A stretch of 64,000 nt of DNA from Herpetosiphon sp. NSE202 (GTDB lineage Bacteria > Chloroflexota > Chloroflexia > Chloroflexales > Herpetosiphonaceae): contig NZ_JBHUPY010000007.1 in NCBI RefSeq assembly GCF_042688385.1, forward strand, positions 258,110 through 322,109, written 5' to 3'. The notes under the pieces are model-generated. The model worked only from the letters and a program-made list of their open reading frames with translations, was not told the origin of the DNA and searched no databases. The position numbers and the translations under genes are program-made. Below are positions 10,199 through 20,128 of this stretch, one piece after another. Position 1 is the stretch's first letter. Every line of letters starts with the position of its first letter.

Positions 10199-10240
10199 CT
10201 GAGGTCAACGTTGTTGCTCGGCGTTTTTTGTTGTTGAAAG
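10199..10240 (+). terminator. Rho-independent terminator-like hairpin plus T-run
   Basis: cgctgag gtcaacgttgttg ctcggcg followed by tttttt. Confidence 0.5.
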
Positions 10241-10252
10241 GATAGTGGCGCA

Positions 10253-10693
10253 ATGGCGCGTACTGATCAAACCAATGAATCGGAAGTTTTAGCAGGTAGT
10301 AGCCGGGTTTTACGCTTTGCCTATTGTGTGCTGGCAATTTCTGCTGGCGTGCGAGCCTTGTTTCAAGTTGCCACCAAATTCAATCAAGCTCCACTGGCCT
10401 ATAGCCTAACCACCATCGCCGCGTTGATTTATGGAATCGCTTTCTTGGGCTTTGGGCGACGCACCCCACAAGCGTGGCGCGTGACCATAGCGGTATGTGC
10501 GGTTGAGCTTTTGGGCGTAATTACGGTCGGCATTTTGACCTTAATCGAACGCGATTGGTTTCCCAAGGATACGGTTTGGAGCGATTTTGGGATTGGCTAT
10601 GGCTTTACGCCATTACTCTTGCCCATCGCTGGGCTGTGGTTATTGCTGCGCCAAGAAACCCGCGAAGCCTATGGAGTCGCCAATAGATCCTGA
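10253..10693 (+). CDS. Hypothetical integral membrane protein (about 4 TM)
   Basis: Hydrophobic segments throughout. No recognised family. Confidence 0.45.
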   Translation: MARTDQTNESEVLAGSSRVLRFAYCVLAISAGVRALFQVATKFNQAPLAYSLTTIAALIYGIAFLGFGRRTPQAWRVTIAVCAVELLGVITVGILTLIERDWFPKDTVWSDFGIGYGFTPLLLPIAGLWLLLRQETREAYGVANRS

Positions 10694-11478
10694 ACCGCAG
10701 CCACAACCGCAGGCCATTCGCGACTTGACGGATCGATTAATTCAAAATGATGAGCGTTTGGTAGCGCTACCAAGCGCGACTCATCACCAGCAGCCAGCGC
10801 TTGCTCAACATAGCTTTCGCTAATACCAAACGGTACTGGCCCATCATCTGTGCCATGGAGCACGATTTGGGGCACGCCTAAGGGCAATAAGGCAGCTGGA
10901 GAAGCATCATGGTAGCGTTCTGGATACTCTGCTGGCGAGCCGCCCAATAATTCTTGCACCGCTTGCTGGCTCAAACGCCGTTGATCAGCCAAGGCCAAAT
11001 CGGCGACTCCCGCCAAACTAACCACACCTTGTAAGCGCAACGGTTGGGCTTGCCAAAGCGGGCTGGTTGGGGCAAGTTTCGAGCGTGCAGCCAGCCATAA
11101 AGCTAAATGGCCACCAGCAGAATGGCCCAAGCTAATCACACGTTGGGCATCAATCGGATAGGTTTGGGCCAACTGAGGCACAAAATCGGCAGCTTGGGCA
11201 ACATCGAAAAAGGTAGTGGGCCAACCACCGCCATTGCCAATCCGCCGATACTCAATATTCCACGTCGCATAGCCAAGTGCAGTCAGGGCGGCACAAACGT
11301 GGCCAATATGCTCAAGGTCGTAGCGAGCACGCCAAAAACCACCATGGACAACGATGACCACAGGAAATGGCCCACTGCCAGCTGGCAAGCGCAAATCGCC
11401 AAATTGCAATGGATCGGCAGCATACCAAATTCGCTGATCAGCAGGCGGCGCAGCCTGAGCCAAAATCGAATCACTCAT
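10669..11478 (-). CDS. Alpha/beta hydrolase (esterase/lipase-like)
   Basis: ..VVIVVHGGFWRARYD.. is the oxyanion HGG. ..SLGHSAGGHLALW.. is the GxSxG nucleophile elbow. Confidence 0.8.
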   Translation of the reverse strand: MSDSILAQAAPPADQRIWYAADPLQFGDLRLPAGSGPFPVVIVVHGGFWRARYDLEHIGHVCAALTALGYATWNIEYRRIGNGGGWPTTFFDVAQAADFVPQLAQTYPIDAQRVISLGHSAGGHLALWLAARSKLAPTSPLWQAQPLRLQGVVSLAGVADLALADQRRLSQQAVQELLGGSPAEYPERYHDASPAALLPLGVPQIVLHGTDDGPVPFGISESYVEQALAAGDESRLVALPNAHHFELIDPSSREWPAVVAAVQDLLATP

Positions 11479-11634
11479 TGGCTATTCCTAAATGCTTAAA
11501 AATACATACTTGTTAATAAAGTTTTAAAGGCGAATAGGACTGTTGGCCTATAGTCAATTAGCGCTTAGCATAGCACGATCTACCCATTATTTCCATTTAA
11601 CTGCCATGTTTGCAGTCACGGAGGAGTGTCTGGT

Positions 11635-13374
11635 ATGTTCATTCGAAGGATGATGTTTGTTCTGCTCGTTATTTTTAGCCTGAGCACAGTTTCGGCAAAG
11701 CCGCTCGAAACGAACGCCCCTGAAGCCCAAGTTGTCGCAAGCCCAGCCGCAACCAATGCCTACAATATGCGCGCTGGCTTTCCAGCAACCAAGCCCAATG
11801 GCTCCTACTTTTCGTCGCCCACTGTGGTCGATTTGTTCAAAGATGGCTCGCCGGAAATTCTCTCCGCCGATGCAACTGGCTGTATTTGGGGCCATAACAT
11901 TTATGGCCAAGTGCTGCCTGGCTTCCCATGGATGACTGGCGGCGCATGTGCCAACACGCCACGGGTCAACGGCTCGTTAGTGGTCGCCGATATTAACCAA
12001 GATGGTTTGCTAGAAATTGTGGTTGGGACGCGCGGCAAAGGTACTGCTGTCGGCCAACGCGGCAAAGTGATCGTCTATCAACGCAACGGCGCAATCCTGA
12101 GCGGCTGGCCCAAAGAGATGGATTGGGCCTATATTACCAATGGCAATTTCCCCGAAGTCGTGCATGTGGCAGCTGCTGATATTGTTGGCGATGGCAAACT
12201 TGAGGTGATTGCAACCACGACCAACGAAGCTGGCAGCAATACCAATTTTGCGCCAAATGTCTATGCTTGGTCTTCGAACGGAACCATCCTCAATGGCTAT
12301 CCACGCAGCGCCGACAAAGGCTCGGGCATTTGGGGCCACCCAGCCTTGGCCGACATCGATAATAATGGCCATTCGGAAATTTTGGTTGGCCGCGATGAAA
12401 TCTATTTCTATCGCTACAATGGTGATGGTAACCAATATCCAGGCTGGCCAATTCGCACCTATACCAATGTCAACCAAACCACCTGGAATGTCCACGATTA
12501 TCTGGAGTTTACCCGCTCTGGGCCAGCAGTCGCCGACTTAGATGGCGATGGCAGTTACGAGGTTATTGCAGCAGGCAAAGTGCGGACTCCCGACGGTTTG
12601 CCCAATAATAACTATGACCCCCAAATTGCTAGCGCGGTAATTGTGACCGAGCCAAACGGCACGCGCCGCGCAGGCTGGACTGATGCCAAACGGGCAGGCG
12701 CGCCCTTGGATGTGAACTTCACGCCAAATAACCCGATTGTCGTCGCCGATTTGGATGGCGATGGCATCAAAGAATTTGTCGTGACCTTCGACGATGGCAC
12801 GATTCGCGCCTATCGCGAAAATGGGGTTCAAATGTGGTCGTTCTTCTATGCCCAAGAGCCTGTTGCTGGCGCGCCAACCCGCAAAGTCTTTGGTAGCGAA
12901 GTCGTCATTGCCGATGTGACTGGCGATCGCAAAATAGATATTGTGTTCGGCACCTATTCATTCGATCGCGTTTATGCAGGAATTGTGGGGCTGTACGCGC
13001 TCGATGCCCGTACCGGAACTTTGCATGGCGGCTTTCCATTATCGCTGCCTAATGAAGGCCCATCGAACGATAATAGTGCTGGATCGCAAAAAGGCATTCA
13101 AGCTGCGCCAACCATCGCCGATATTGACAACAATTGTTATGTTGAGATTTTGGCCCATAGCCGAGCTGGCAATATTTATGTTTGGGAAACCCCAGGCCGT
13201 AATTTGCCCGAATTAATGCCCTGGCCAATGAGCCGCAAAGACTTGCAGCGTACCGCGTGGGTCAAAAACCCTGCGCCAGAGCCACCACGCCAACAGGTGT
13301 ATGCTCCCGAGCAACTGCAAGGTGGCGATTTCAAGGCCTATTTGCCAATTACCCGCACAGGCTGCGATTTCTAA
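11635..13374 (+). CDS. Secreted FG-GAP/VCBS-repeat beta-propeller protein
   Basis: Signal peptide MFIRRMMFVLLVIFSLSTVSA. About 7 repeats of the type (V/I)AD(L/I)(D/N)xDGxxE(I/V)(V/I). The ATG is at 11635 after GGAGG. Confidence 0.8.
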   Translation: MFIRRMMFVLLVIFSLSTVSAKPLETNAPEAQVVASPAATNAYNMRAGFPATKPNGSYFSSPTVVDLFKDGSPEILSADATGCIWGHNIYGQVLPGFPWMTGGACANTPRVNGSLVVADINQDGLLEIVVGTRGKGTAVGQRGKVIVYQRNGAILSGWPKEMDWAYITNGNFPEVVHVAAADIVGDGKLEVIATTTNEAGSNTNFAPNVYAWSSNGTILNGYPRSADKGSGIWGHPALADIDNNGHSEILVGRDEIYFYRYNGDGNQYPGWPIRTYTNVNQTTWNVHDYLEFTRSGPAVADLDGDGSYEVIAAGKVRTPDGLPNNNYDPQIASAVIVTEPNGTRRAGWTDAKRAGAPLDVNFTPNNPIVVADLDGDGIKEFVVTFDDGTIRAYRENGVQMWSFFYAQEPVAGAPTRKVFGSEVVIADVTGDRKIDIVFGTYSFDRVYAGIVGLYALDARTGTLHGGFPLSLPNEGPSNDNSAGSQKGIQAAPTIADIDNNCYVEILAHSRAGNIYVWETPGRNLPELMPWPMSRKDLQRTAWVKNPAPEPPRQQVYAPEQLQGGDFKAYLPITRTGCDF

Positions 13375-13385
13375 ATTTAGCGCCA

Positions 13386-13421
13386 GCGCAGGGATAGTCG
13401 AGCCATCCCTGCGCTTTTTTT
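13386..13421. terminator. Bidirectional rho-independent terminator between convergent genes
   Basis: agcgcaggga tagtcgagcca tccctgcgct followed by ttttttt. It sits between the FG-GAP gene (+) and the lipoprotein gene (-). Confidence 0.7.
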
Positions 13422-14133
13422 ATTGCAATGGAAGGCTGGGATCGATTTTGTAGCTTTGAACAATTCGTTGTAGGTCGGGTTGCAAGCTCTCGAATTGCTC
13501 CAAGGGAACCAAAATCTGAATCATGCTGATATACTTGCCATCGCGGCGTACATAGCCATCGCCACTCATCGCCAGCAAGCTTTGCGGATCAACGAAGCTA
13601 TAGGAAACATAGGTTGTGCCATCTGCTTGCTTGACTGGCTGATCAAGATTAAACTCCGCCGACTCACCCACGATTTGGCTAATAAAATCGTTTAAAAACT
13701 CTTCCTCGTTGGTAATTAAATTTTCGCCATCCTCAACTACCAGCAATTGAATAAAAGCTTGTTCTAAAGGATCGACCCAAAACAGCAGATTATTGCCTGC
13801 ATCAACGCTATCGCGCAGTTGCCAATCGCTTGGCACATCGATTGAAAAGGCCTTGGTTGGATTGGTGTAGGTTTGCAGCTCGTCAATTACGATAAAGGAT
13901 GTGCTATCGCCTGGCACATTCGCCAAATCGTCTGTGGTTGGGGTCAATTGCGGACGTGGGGTAAACGTCGCTGGCACGGTTGGGGTGGCCGATGGTTGCA
14001 ACAAAACTGGCTCAGCAGTGGCCGTAGCCGTGGCTGCTTGGGCAACCTGTTCGGTTGGCGGCACCGTTGTGGCCGTCGCACCACCACAGGCAACCAAGCT
14101 ACAGATTACGAGAAAATAGCCAATAAACCGCAT
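13420..14133 (-). CDS. Lipoprotein (Thr/Pro/Ala-rich linker plus globular domain), hypothetical
   Basis: MRFIGYFLVICSLVACGG has a lipobox. An AAGGAG RBS sits 6 nt upstream of the ATG at 14133. Confidence 0.65.
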   Translation of the reverse strand: MRFIGYFLVICSLVACGGATATTVPPTEQVAQAATATATAEPVLLQPSATPTVPATFTPRPQLTPTTDDLANVPGDSTSFIVIDELQTYTNPTKAFSIDVPSDWQLRDSVDAGNNLLFWVDPLEQAFIQLLVVEDGENLITNEEEFLNDFISQIVGESAEFNLDQPVKQADGTTYVSYSFVDPQSLLAMSGDGYVRRDGKYISMIQILVPLEQFESLQPDLQRIVQSYKIDPSLPLQ

Positions 14134-14195
14134 AGATACTCCTTCCGACCAACGGGGTCGGCTCAATGACGGTTTAGAGTGTACTCGATTTTGGC

Positions 14196-15035
14196 TTAGG
14201 CTAATTCGCCGCGCTGCCACAATGCCAATTGCTGCAATTCTTCGTAATAATCAGCTACGCAGGCAATTCCTGCCTGAATGCCATCATCAAGGTGCAAGAG
14301 ATCGGCCATACTCATGCGATTCACATCGGGGCTAAATAGCAGATCGGGCGGGGTTTCGCGCAAGCGTTGCAAGGTAATTTGATGCACCATAATGCCAATC
14401 GCCCGTTCAGCCAAGGCCAATTGGGTGAGTGGAACCCAGCGCCGCCACGAAAAAAGGCTACTTTGGGCAGCGCTGCTCACTTCAAATTGATCAAATTCGC
14501 CAATTAAATTAACTGCAATCACCCGTTCAGCGCCAAGCTGACGAGTTATGTCAATTGGTAAATTATTGCGAATGCCACCATCAGCCAAAATATAGCGATC
14601 GATCCGGCGCGGCGGAAATACGCCAGGCACAGCAGCACTCGCCAGCGCTGCCTCAACCAAAGAGCCACGTTGCAACACAATCTCATGGCCAGTCACTAAA
14701 TCGACAGCAACCGCCGCATAGGGAATCGGCAAATCCTCAATCAGCTGATCGCCCAATAATTCGCTGAGCACGCCAGCCAATTTTTCCGAGCCAATCAAGC
14801 CCCAGCTGGCCGGATCAAGACTGAGAATGCGGCGCAACGGAGTTGAGCGAAAGGCTTGCTCGATGGTTCTCGCGTTGTAGCCCGCCGCCACAACTGCGCC
14901 AATAATCGCGCCAATGCTCGTTCCGGCCACCATATTCGGTTGAATGCCAACTCGTTCTAGCTCGTGCAGCACGCCGATATGAGCGCTGCCTTTGCCGCCG
15001 CCGCCGCCAAGGCACAAGCCGATTGTCCGTTGCAT
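14196..15035 (-). CDS. Patatin-like phospholipase
   Basis: ..GLCLGGGGGKGSAHIGV.. is the oxyanion GGGxxG. ..GTSIGAIIG.. is GxSxG. ..ILADGGIRNN.. is the catalytic DG(G/A). Confidence 0.85.
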   Translation of the reverse strand: MQRTIGLCLGGGGGKGSAHIGVLHELERVGIQPNMVAGTSIGAIIGAVVAAGYNARTIEQAFRSTPLRRILSLDPASWGLIGSEKLAGVLSELLGDQLIEDLPIPYAAVAVDLVTGHEIVLQRGSLVEAALASAAVPGVFPPRRIDRYILADGGIRNNLPIDITRQLGAERVIAVNLIGEFDQFEVSSAAQSSLFSWRRWVPLTQLALAERAIGIMVHQITLQRLRETPPDLLFSPDVNRMSMADLLHLDDGIQAGIACVADYYEELQQLALWQRGELA

Positions 15036-15059
15036 GGCCCTACTCCTGAATTCAAATGA

Positions 15060-15445
15060 CGCACTGCATTATATTATATCACGTTAATTTAGGGGTCAGG
15101 GATGAGGGGTCAGGCATCAGAGCAGTTACAGAAACCGCGAAGGACACGAAGATTGGAAACCACGAAGGACGCGAAGAGCGCGAAGATTAAGTTTTTAGCC
15201 ACAGATTCTTGTTCCCATAGCCTATAGCCTATAGCCTGATTCCCTCACCCCCAGCCCCCTCTCCCACTAGACGCGGGCGAGGGGTGTTTGTTTCGTGGTT
15301 CTAGTCTCAATCGTGGCGAAACTATCTTCATCCCTCATCCTTCATCCCTCATCCTTCATCCCTCATCCTTCATCCTTCATCCTTCATCCCTCATCCTTCA
15401 TCCCTCATCCTTCATCCCTCATCCTTCATCCTTCATCCCTCGCTA
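15060..15445. repeat. Mosaic intergenic repeat cluster C, including a solo MITE arm (15240-15285) and a 113-bp tandem 8-mer array catcc(c/t)t(c/t) (15328-15440)
   Basis: Words present: gggtcaggg, cgaaggacacgaag, atagcctatagcctatagcc and ccctcacccccagccccctctcccactagacgcgggcgagggg, followed by about 14 tandem copies of tcatccct/tcatcctt. Confidence 0.8.
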
Positions 15446-15535
15446 CCCCTCATGGTTACCCTATCGTGGCAATTGTGCAATTTTAATAACTCTGTTACTG
15501 TTTTGAGTAACGCTATTATGTGGAGAGTCTGGCAT

Positions 15536-16474
15536 ATGTCCTCAGCATCAGGATCGCAGCTTGACAATGCTGACCGAACCGAGACACTGCAAGAGCTAGG
15601 GCTACTTGATGTTTCTTTCGACCCAGCCTTTGATCGATTGACCCGCTTAGCAAGCAAGGTGCTGCAAGCACCAGTTTCATTACTTTCCTTAGTTGAACAT
15701 CATCGCCAATATTTCAAAAGCCATGTTGGCTTGGGCGAGCCTTGGGCCGAGCGCCGCGAAACGCCCTTGAGCCATTCATTTTGTCAACATGTCGTCAGCA
15801 ATGGCAGCGAGTTGATCGTTACCGATGCCCGCGAACATCCTTTGGTTCACGATAATCTTGCCATCCCCGATTTGGGCGTGATTAGCTATGCTGGCATGCC
15901 GATTCGCAGCGATGGCCATGTGCTTGGCGCGTTCTGTGTGATCGATAGCAAACCACGGGTTTGGACAGCTGACGAACTTGATATTTTGCACGAATTTGCT
16001 GAATTGTTGATGACTGAACTCAAATTGCGCCAAGAGATTCGCACCCATCAACACGATATTCGCGAACGCGAGCGGCTGCAAACCGAGATTATTGGCCTGC
16101 AACAAAACTTGCTCGATGAGCTTTCAACGCCGTTGATTCCGCTCAATGATCAAGTGTTGGTTGCACCATTGATTGGCGCACTCGATCAGCAACGGGCGCA
16201 ACGGATGACCGAGGCGGTCTTATCGGGAGTTGGCAAATATCGCGCCGATTTCGTGATTCTCGATATTACGGGCGTGCCAGTCTTGGATACCTATGTGGCT
16301 TCGTTGTTAGTGCAAACCTCGCAAGCAATTCAGCTGCTTGGGGCGCGCATGGTGCTTACTGGCTTGCGGCCTGAAATTGCCCAAACCATCGTCAGCGTGG
16401 GCCTCGATTTGCGCAGCGTCGTGACCTATAGCACGCTACAACAAGGCATCGAATATACCTTTCGACGTAAATAA
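15536..16474 (+). CDS. GAF domain plus STAS domain protein (partner-switching / RsbR-like anti-sigma-antagonist-type module)
   Basis: GAF-like ..GAFCVIDSKPRVWTADELDILHEFAELL.. The C-terminal STAS reads ..LIPLNDQVLVAPLIGALDQQRAQRMTEAVL..ILDITGVPVLDTYVA.. The start is placed at MSSASGSQ (15536); the ORF track starts at 15452. Confidence 0.7.
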   Translation: MSSASGSQLDNADRTETLQELGLLDVSFDPAFDRLTRLASKVLQAPVSLLSLVEHHRQYFKSHVGLGEPWAERRETPLSHSFCQHVVSNGSELIVTDAREHPLVHDNLAIPDLGVISYAGMPIRSDGHVLGAFCVIDSKPRVWTADELDILHEFAELLMTELKLRQEIRTHQHDIRERERLQTEIIGLQQNLLDELSTPLIPLNDQVLVAPLIGALDQQRAQRMTEAVLSGVGKYRADFVILDITGVPVLDTYVASLLVQTSQAIQLLGARMVLTGLRPEIAQTIVSVGLDLRSVVTYSTLQQGIEYTFRRK

Positions 16475-16487
16475 TGAGTTTCTTCAA

Positions 16488-16523
16488 AACACGGCGGAGT
16501 TTGCGCTCCGCCGTGTTTCGTTT
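16488..16523. terminator. Bidirectional terminator hairpin between the GAF-STAS gene (+) and murJ (-)
   Basis: aaacacggcggag tttgcg ctccgccgtgttt, then cgttt. Confidence 0.6.
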
Positions 16524-18102
16524 AGGCAGCTTTGCGTTTGAATTTACGTTGCAGGGCTTCGCTGAAAAATTGCAGTGCATCGAGTTTGAGCCACCACAAT
16601 AAGCCCAAATAGATTAAGCCACTGCCGCCACCCGCCACAATCAGCACCAACAGCGCATTCAATTTGCTGGGCGTGGTTGGCAACAAGTGTAACAACCCCC
16701 AACATGTTGCGGCCATGACCAAGGCAGCCATGGCTATTTTGGCGACAGCCAGAAGCATGGCTTGGCCATCAAAAACTCGTAAGCGCCGATGGGCCACGAC
16801 GGCCATCACCAAGGCGTGGATCGTTAATTGAGCCACATTACCAGCAATCAGGCCATACATGCCCCAATGGCGATAGCTCAAACCAGCCACCAAAAAGTAG
16901 CTGGCAATCGCTGGAGCTTGTACCAAATTGGGCAACAAGGTATTTTTGCGCGCATAAAAAGCGAAAATTAATGGCTGATCGATCGCCGCCGCCAGCATGC
17001 TTGGCAAGTAGGCCAGCAATACCAGCGCTGTAACCCGAGTATTTTCTGGGCTAAACTTGCCACCTTCAAACAAAATCCGCAGCACAGATTCGCCCAGCAA
17101 GCCAAAAATCACTAACATTGGCACAATCAGCAGCAACACCACTTTCAGCCCAATGCCTAAGATGCGGCGAAAACCTGCTTCATCGCCGTCGCTGTTGAGC
17201 CGCGCTAGGGTTGGCAAAATCGCAATTGAGATTGCTGCGGAAACTAAGCCCAAGGCAAATTGAATAAAGGTTGTGGCATTGCGCATATACGATGCAGATA
17301 GATCATCAATGCTGCCCGCCAACTGGCGATCGATCAGCGTGCCAACAAACGAGAAGCTAATGCCTAAGGCAACTGGGGCATACAGTAAGCCAATGCGGCG
17401 CACGCCTGGGTGACGTAAACGCAGCATCGGGCGCAAGCGGGCAGCACGCAAAGCTGGCAATTGTAAGCCAACTTGAGCCAAGGCTCCAGCCACCATCGCC
17501 CAACCCAACACCCGCGCATCCTGCGGCCAAAACCAAATCAGCACAATCAAGGCCAAATTAAACACGGTCGAGGTAAAGGCAGGCAACGAAAAACGCCGTT
17601 GGGCTTGCAATAAACCAGTTAGCACCCCCGACAAGCACATAAAAACCACTGCGATAACCATGGAATGCAACATCGACACGCCAAGGCTGAGCATGGTTGG
17701 GCTAGCAACAATTTTAGAAGCCAGTACCTGATTAATCGGCTCAGCAAAGAGCCAAACCAGCCCGCCCAAAACACCCAAAACAAGGCTGAGCATGGTCAAA
17801 ATTGTGTTGATAATTTGCCACAAATCGCCATCATCCTGCTGATCGATGTAATCGCTGAGCACCGGAACGAGGGCCGCGCTGACCAAGCCACCAACCAAAA
17901 AATCGTAGAGCTGGGTGGGCACGGCGCTGAGCAACGAATAGAGGCTAGTTTCTGCGCCAACCCCAAAATTATGATTAATAACTTTATCGCGGACGAGGCC
18001 AAGGATGCGGCTCGCAAAATTGCCAACCATTAATAACAAAGCGGCTAGCGCAATACTGCGTCCAGCCGTTGCTTGGGCTTTGGTTTCGAGTTTGGTGTTC
18101 AT
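16522..18102 (-). CDS. murJ: Lipid II flippase MurJ/MviN
   Basis: 526 aa with about 14 TM segments and a MurJ-like architecture (..FGVGAETSLYSLLSAVPTQLYDFLVGG..). Confidence 0.85.
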   Translation of the reverse strand: MNTKLETKAQATAGRSIALAALLLMVGNFASRILGLVRDKVINHNFGVGAETSLYSLLSAVPTQLYDFLVGGLVSAALVPVLSDYIDQQDDGDLWQIINTILTMLSLVLGVLGGLVWLFAEPINQVLASKIVASPTMLSLGVSMLHSMVIAVVFMCLSGVLTGLLQAQRRFSLPAFTSTVFNLALIVLIWFWPQDARVLGWAMVAGALAQVGLQLPALRAARLRPMLRLRHPGVRRIGLLYAPVALGISFSFVGTLIDRQLAGSIDDLSASYMRNATTFIQFALGLVSAAISIAILPTLARLNSDGDEAGFRRILGIGLKVVLLLIVPMLVIFGLLGESVLRILFEGGKFSPENTRVTALVLLAYLPSMLAAAIDQPLIFAFYARKNTLLPNLVQAPAIASYFLVAGLSYRHWGMYGLIAGNVAQLTIHALVMAVVAHRRLRVFDGQAMLLAVAKIAMAALVMAATCWGLLHLLPTTPSKLNALLVLIVAGGGSGLIYLGLLWWLKLDALQFFSEALQRKFKRKAA

Positions 18103-18815
18103 GCAAAAAGTGTCGTTTCTGGCTGATCGTTCAATCCGAACGAAGGATAGACGCGATGTAAATAGGCGGTATTAAACCAATCATGGTTGTCGAGAAATTG
18201 TTGCCAATCGTGGCGCTGCGTGGCATGGGCATCTAAAGCTGCGCGCTTGGTTTCGGCAAACTCACTAACATCAATAATCGTGGTTGCTGGCAGCGGGTCA
18301 GGGAAATCGCCGCTACTCGCAGCGTTGATCACGCGATCGCTGCCTGGCGCAACGCTCTGATAATACAAGCGTGGCTGTTCGCTACTTGGATTCAAGGCCA
18401 TATATTGGGCAAAAGCTTGGGTTGTGGCCATGCTAATTGCAATATGGTCGGGGTGGCCATAAATTCCATCGGGGCCAAAGGTCAAGACAATTTCTGGCTG
18501 CTCTGCATTCAACACTTCGACAATTTTATCGCGCAATTCGCTGGCATTTGCCAGTGCCAAGCCACCATCGGGATAATCCCAGACGATGCTGCGATCGACT
18601 CCGATTGCTTGACATGCTTGATGCAGCTCCTCTAGGCGCACCGAACCCAAGTGTTCAGGATCAATTTCCAGCTCAGGGCTTACATCGCCGCGTTCGCCAT
18701 GAGTTGCAGTGATAATCACAACCCGATAGCCAGCAGCACGGGCTTGGGCGAGCACGCCAACAGGGCCAAAAGCTTCATCATCGGGGTGCGCCCAAACAGA
18801 AAGAATGGTTGGCAT
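18099..18815 (-). CDS. PIG-L/LmbE family N-acetylglucosaminyl deacetylase
   Basis: MPTILSVWAHPDDEAFG.. is the AHPDDE zinc-binding signature. ..THGERGD.. The start overlaps the murJ stop by 4 nt. Confidence 0.8.
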   Translation of the reverse strand: MPTILSVWAHPDDEAFGPVGVLAQARAAGYRVVIITATHGERGDVSPELEIDPEHLGSVRLEELHQACQAIGVDRSIVWDYPDGGLALANASELRDKIVEVLNAEQPEIVLTFGPDGIYGHPDHIAISMATTQAFAQYMALNPSSEQPRLYYQSVAPGSDRVINAASSGDFPDPLPATTIIDVSEFAETKRAALDAHATQRHDWQQFLDNHDWFNTAYLHRVYPSFGLNDQPETTLFA

Positions 18816-18833
18816 AGTTTCGATAGTCCTCGA

Positions 18834-19508
18834 CTAAGCAGGCTTTAGCAGGTTTAAATCAAAGACACGGATAAAAATCCGTATAATGCGTTGTTGCACA
18901 TCGCTCAAAGCTGGCGCGACAGGCAACAGATCGGCCAACGAGGTTACGCCATAATCATGAATGCCGCAGGGCACAATCGCTGCAAAATCATCCAAATTGG
19001 TCGTAACATTCAGGGCAAAGCCATGCGAGGTAACGCCACGGGTATTCGAGCGCACGCCAATCGCAGCAATTTTGCACTCGCCAACCCAAACCCCAGTATA
19101 GCCAGGAAAGCGCCGCGCACTCAAACCATATTCAGCCAGCAACTCGATAATCACTTCTTCGAGCATGCGCAGGTATTGGTGTAAATCGCGGCCATGATCG
19201 CGAATTTGCAAAATTGGGTAGCCCACCAACTGGCCTGGGCCATGATAGGTAATATCGCCACCACGATCAACCTCGATCAGGGCTGCACCGCGTTGTTGCA
19301 AGCTTTCGGGGCTGACCAACAAGTGTTCGTGGCCGCCAGAACGCCCAATCGTGTAGGTTGCTGGGTGTTCCAACAACACCAAGGTATCGGGAATGGTTTC
19401 GGCGCTGCGTTGACTAACCAAGTGGCGTTGCAATTCCCAAGCAGCTTGATAATCGAGCATGCCGAGAATTTGCACATCCAATTGGCGTTGGGCTTGTTGA
19501 ATCGTCAT
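18834..19508 (-). CDS. lipB: Lipoyl(octanoyl) transferase LipB
   Basis: ..LLEHPATYTIGRSG.., ..GGDITYHGPGQLVGYPIL.., ..KIAAIGVRSNTRGVTSHGFALNV.. Confidence 0.85.
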   Translation of the reverse strand: MTIQQAQRQLDVQILGMLDYQAAWELQRHLVSQRSAETIPDTLVLLEHPATYTIGRSGGHEHLLVSPESLQQRGAALIEVDRGGDITYHGPGQLVGYPILQIRDHGRDLHQYLRMLEEVIIELLAEYGLSARRFPGYTGVWVGECKIAAIGVRSNTRGVTSHGFALNVTTNLDDFAAIVPCGIHDYGVTSLADLLPVAPALSDVQQRIIRIFIRVFDLNLLKPA

Positions 19509-19939
19509 AAAGGCATCAAACTAATCATATCGCCGCCGAATGGTGATGGTTGGCTCAGCCGAGTGCCATAGGTTGCTGGCTCGCTCGCCGCCCAATCTGC
19601 ATAATCGGCACTATATTGGCCATTAAAGTAGACATGCACCACTTGATTGTGGGTCACGCGGCTCATCGCATCCCACACTTCGTTATCGTCGTGGGAATAA
19701 GCCACCAGCATCGCGCGCTCAGGTGCAAATTCATCTTCCTCGGGCGGAATCACCAAGCCGAGCCATTGATTTGGATAGCGGGCTTCGATGATTTCGATGG
19801 CTTCGGTATGGCCGCGAGTTTCCATCGCGGTATATGGGCAACCACAATTGCAACTCACGCCACATTCGGCGGTGCCACATTTGCCGGTTGAAACGCGTCC
19901 GCCGTGATCGGCAGTGGTTAATTGGATTAAAACAGGCAT
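19505..19939 (-). CDS. Hypothetical Cys-rich protein (CGTAECGVSCNCGCP motif), co-oriented upstream of lipB
   Basis: 144-aa ORF overlapping the lipB start by 4 nt. The Cys cluster is near the N-terminus. No family recognised. Confidence 0.45.
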   Translation of the reverse strand: MPVLIQLTTADHGGRVSTGKCGTAECGVSCNCGCPYTAMETRGHTEAIEIIEARYPNQWLGLVIPPEEDEFAPERAMLVAYSHDDNEVWDAMSRVTHNQVVHVYFNGQYSADYADWAASEPATYGTRLSQPSPFGGDMISLMPL

Positions 19940-20128
19940 AGGTTAAACTCACAAGTTGAGAACAAACGCTCTGCGAGCATGATAGCACAATCAAGTTATT
20001 TGCACTCAAATCGCTAGCAATTGAGGAATTTCTGCTATACTAGCACGCTAGTTAGCCGCACATTTTGCGCAAACCTAGTTGCTTATGCTCCGTCAATGCC
20101 AAGCAATTCAGCGGAGGTACGATAAACA

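Noticed and set aside
15328-15440. Possible CRISPR array (also considered for the other mosaic clusters)
   Set aside because: The repeats are 7-20 nt words reiterated without unique spacers of regular length. There are no cas genes.
15288-15506. ORFs translating to HPSSLILHPSSFILHPSS.. (two frames)
   Set aside because: They are generated entirely by the tandem 8-mer repeat, so they are not coding.
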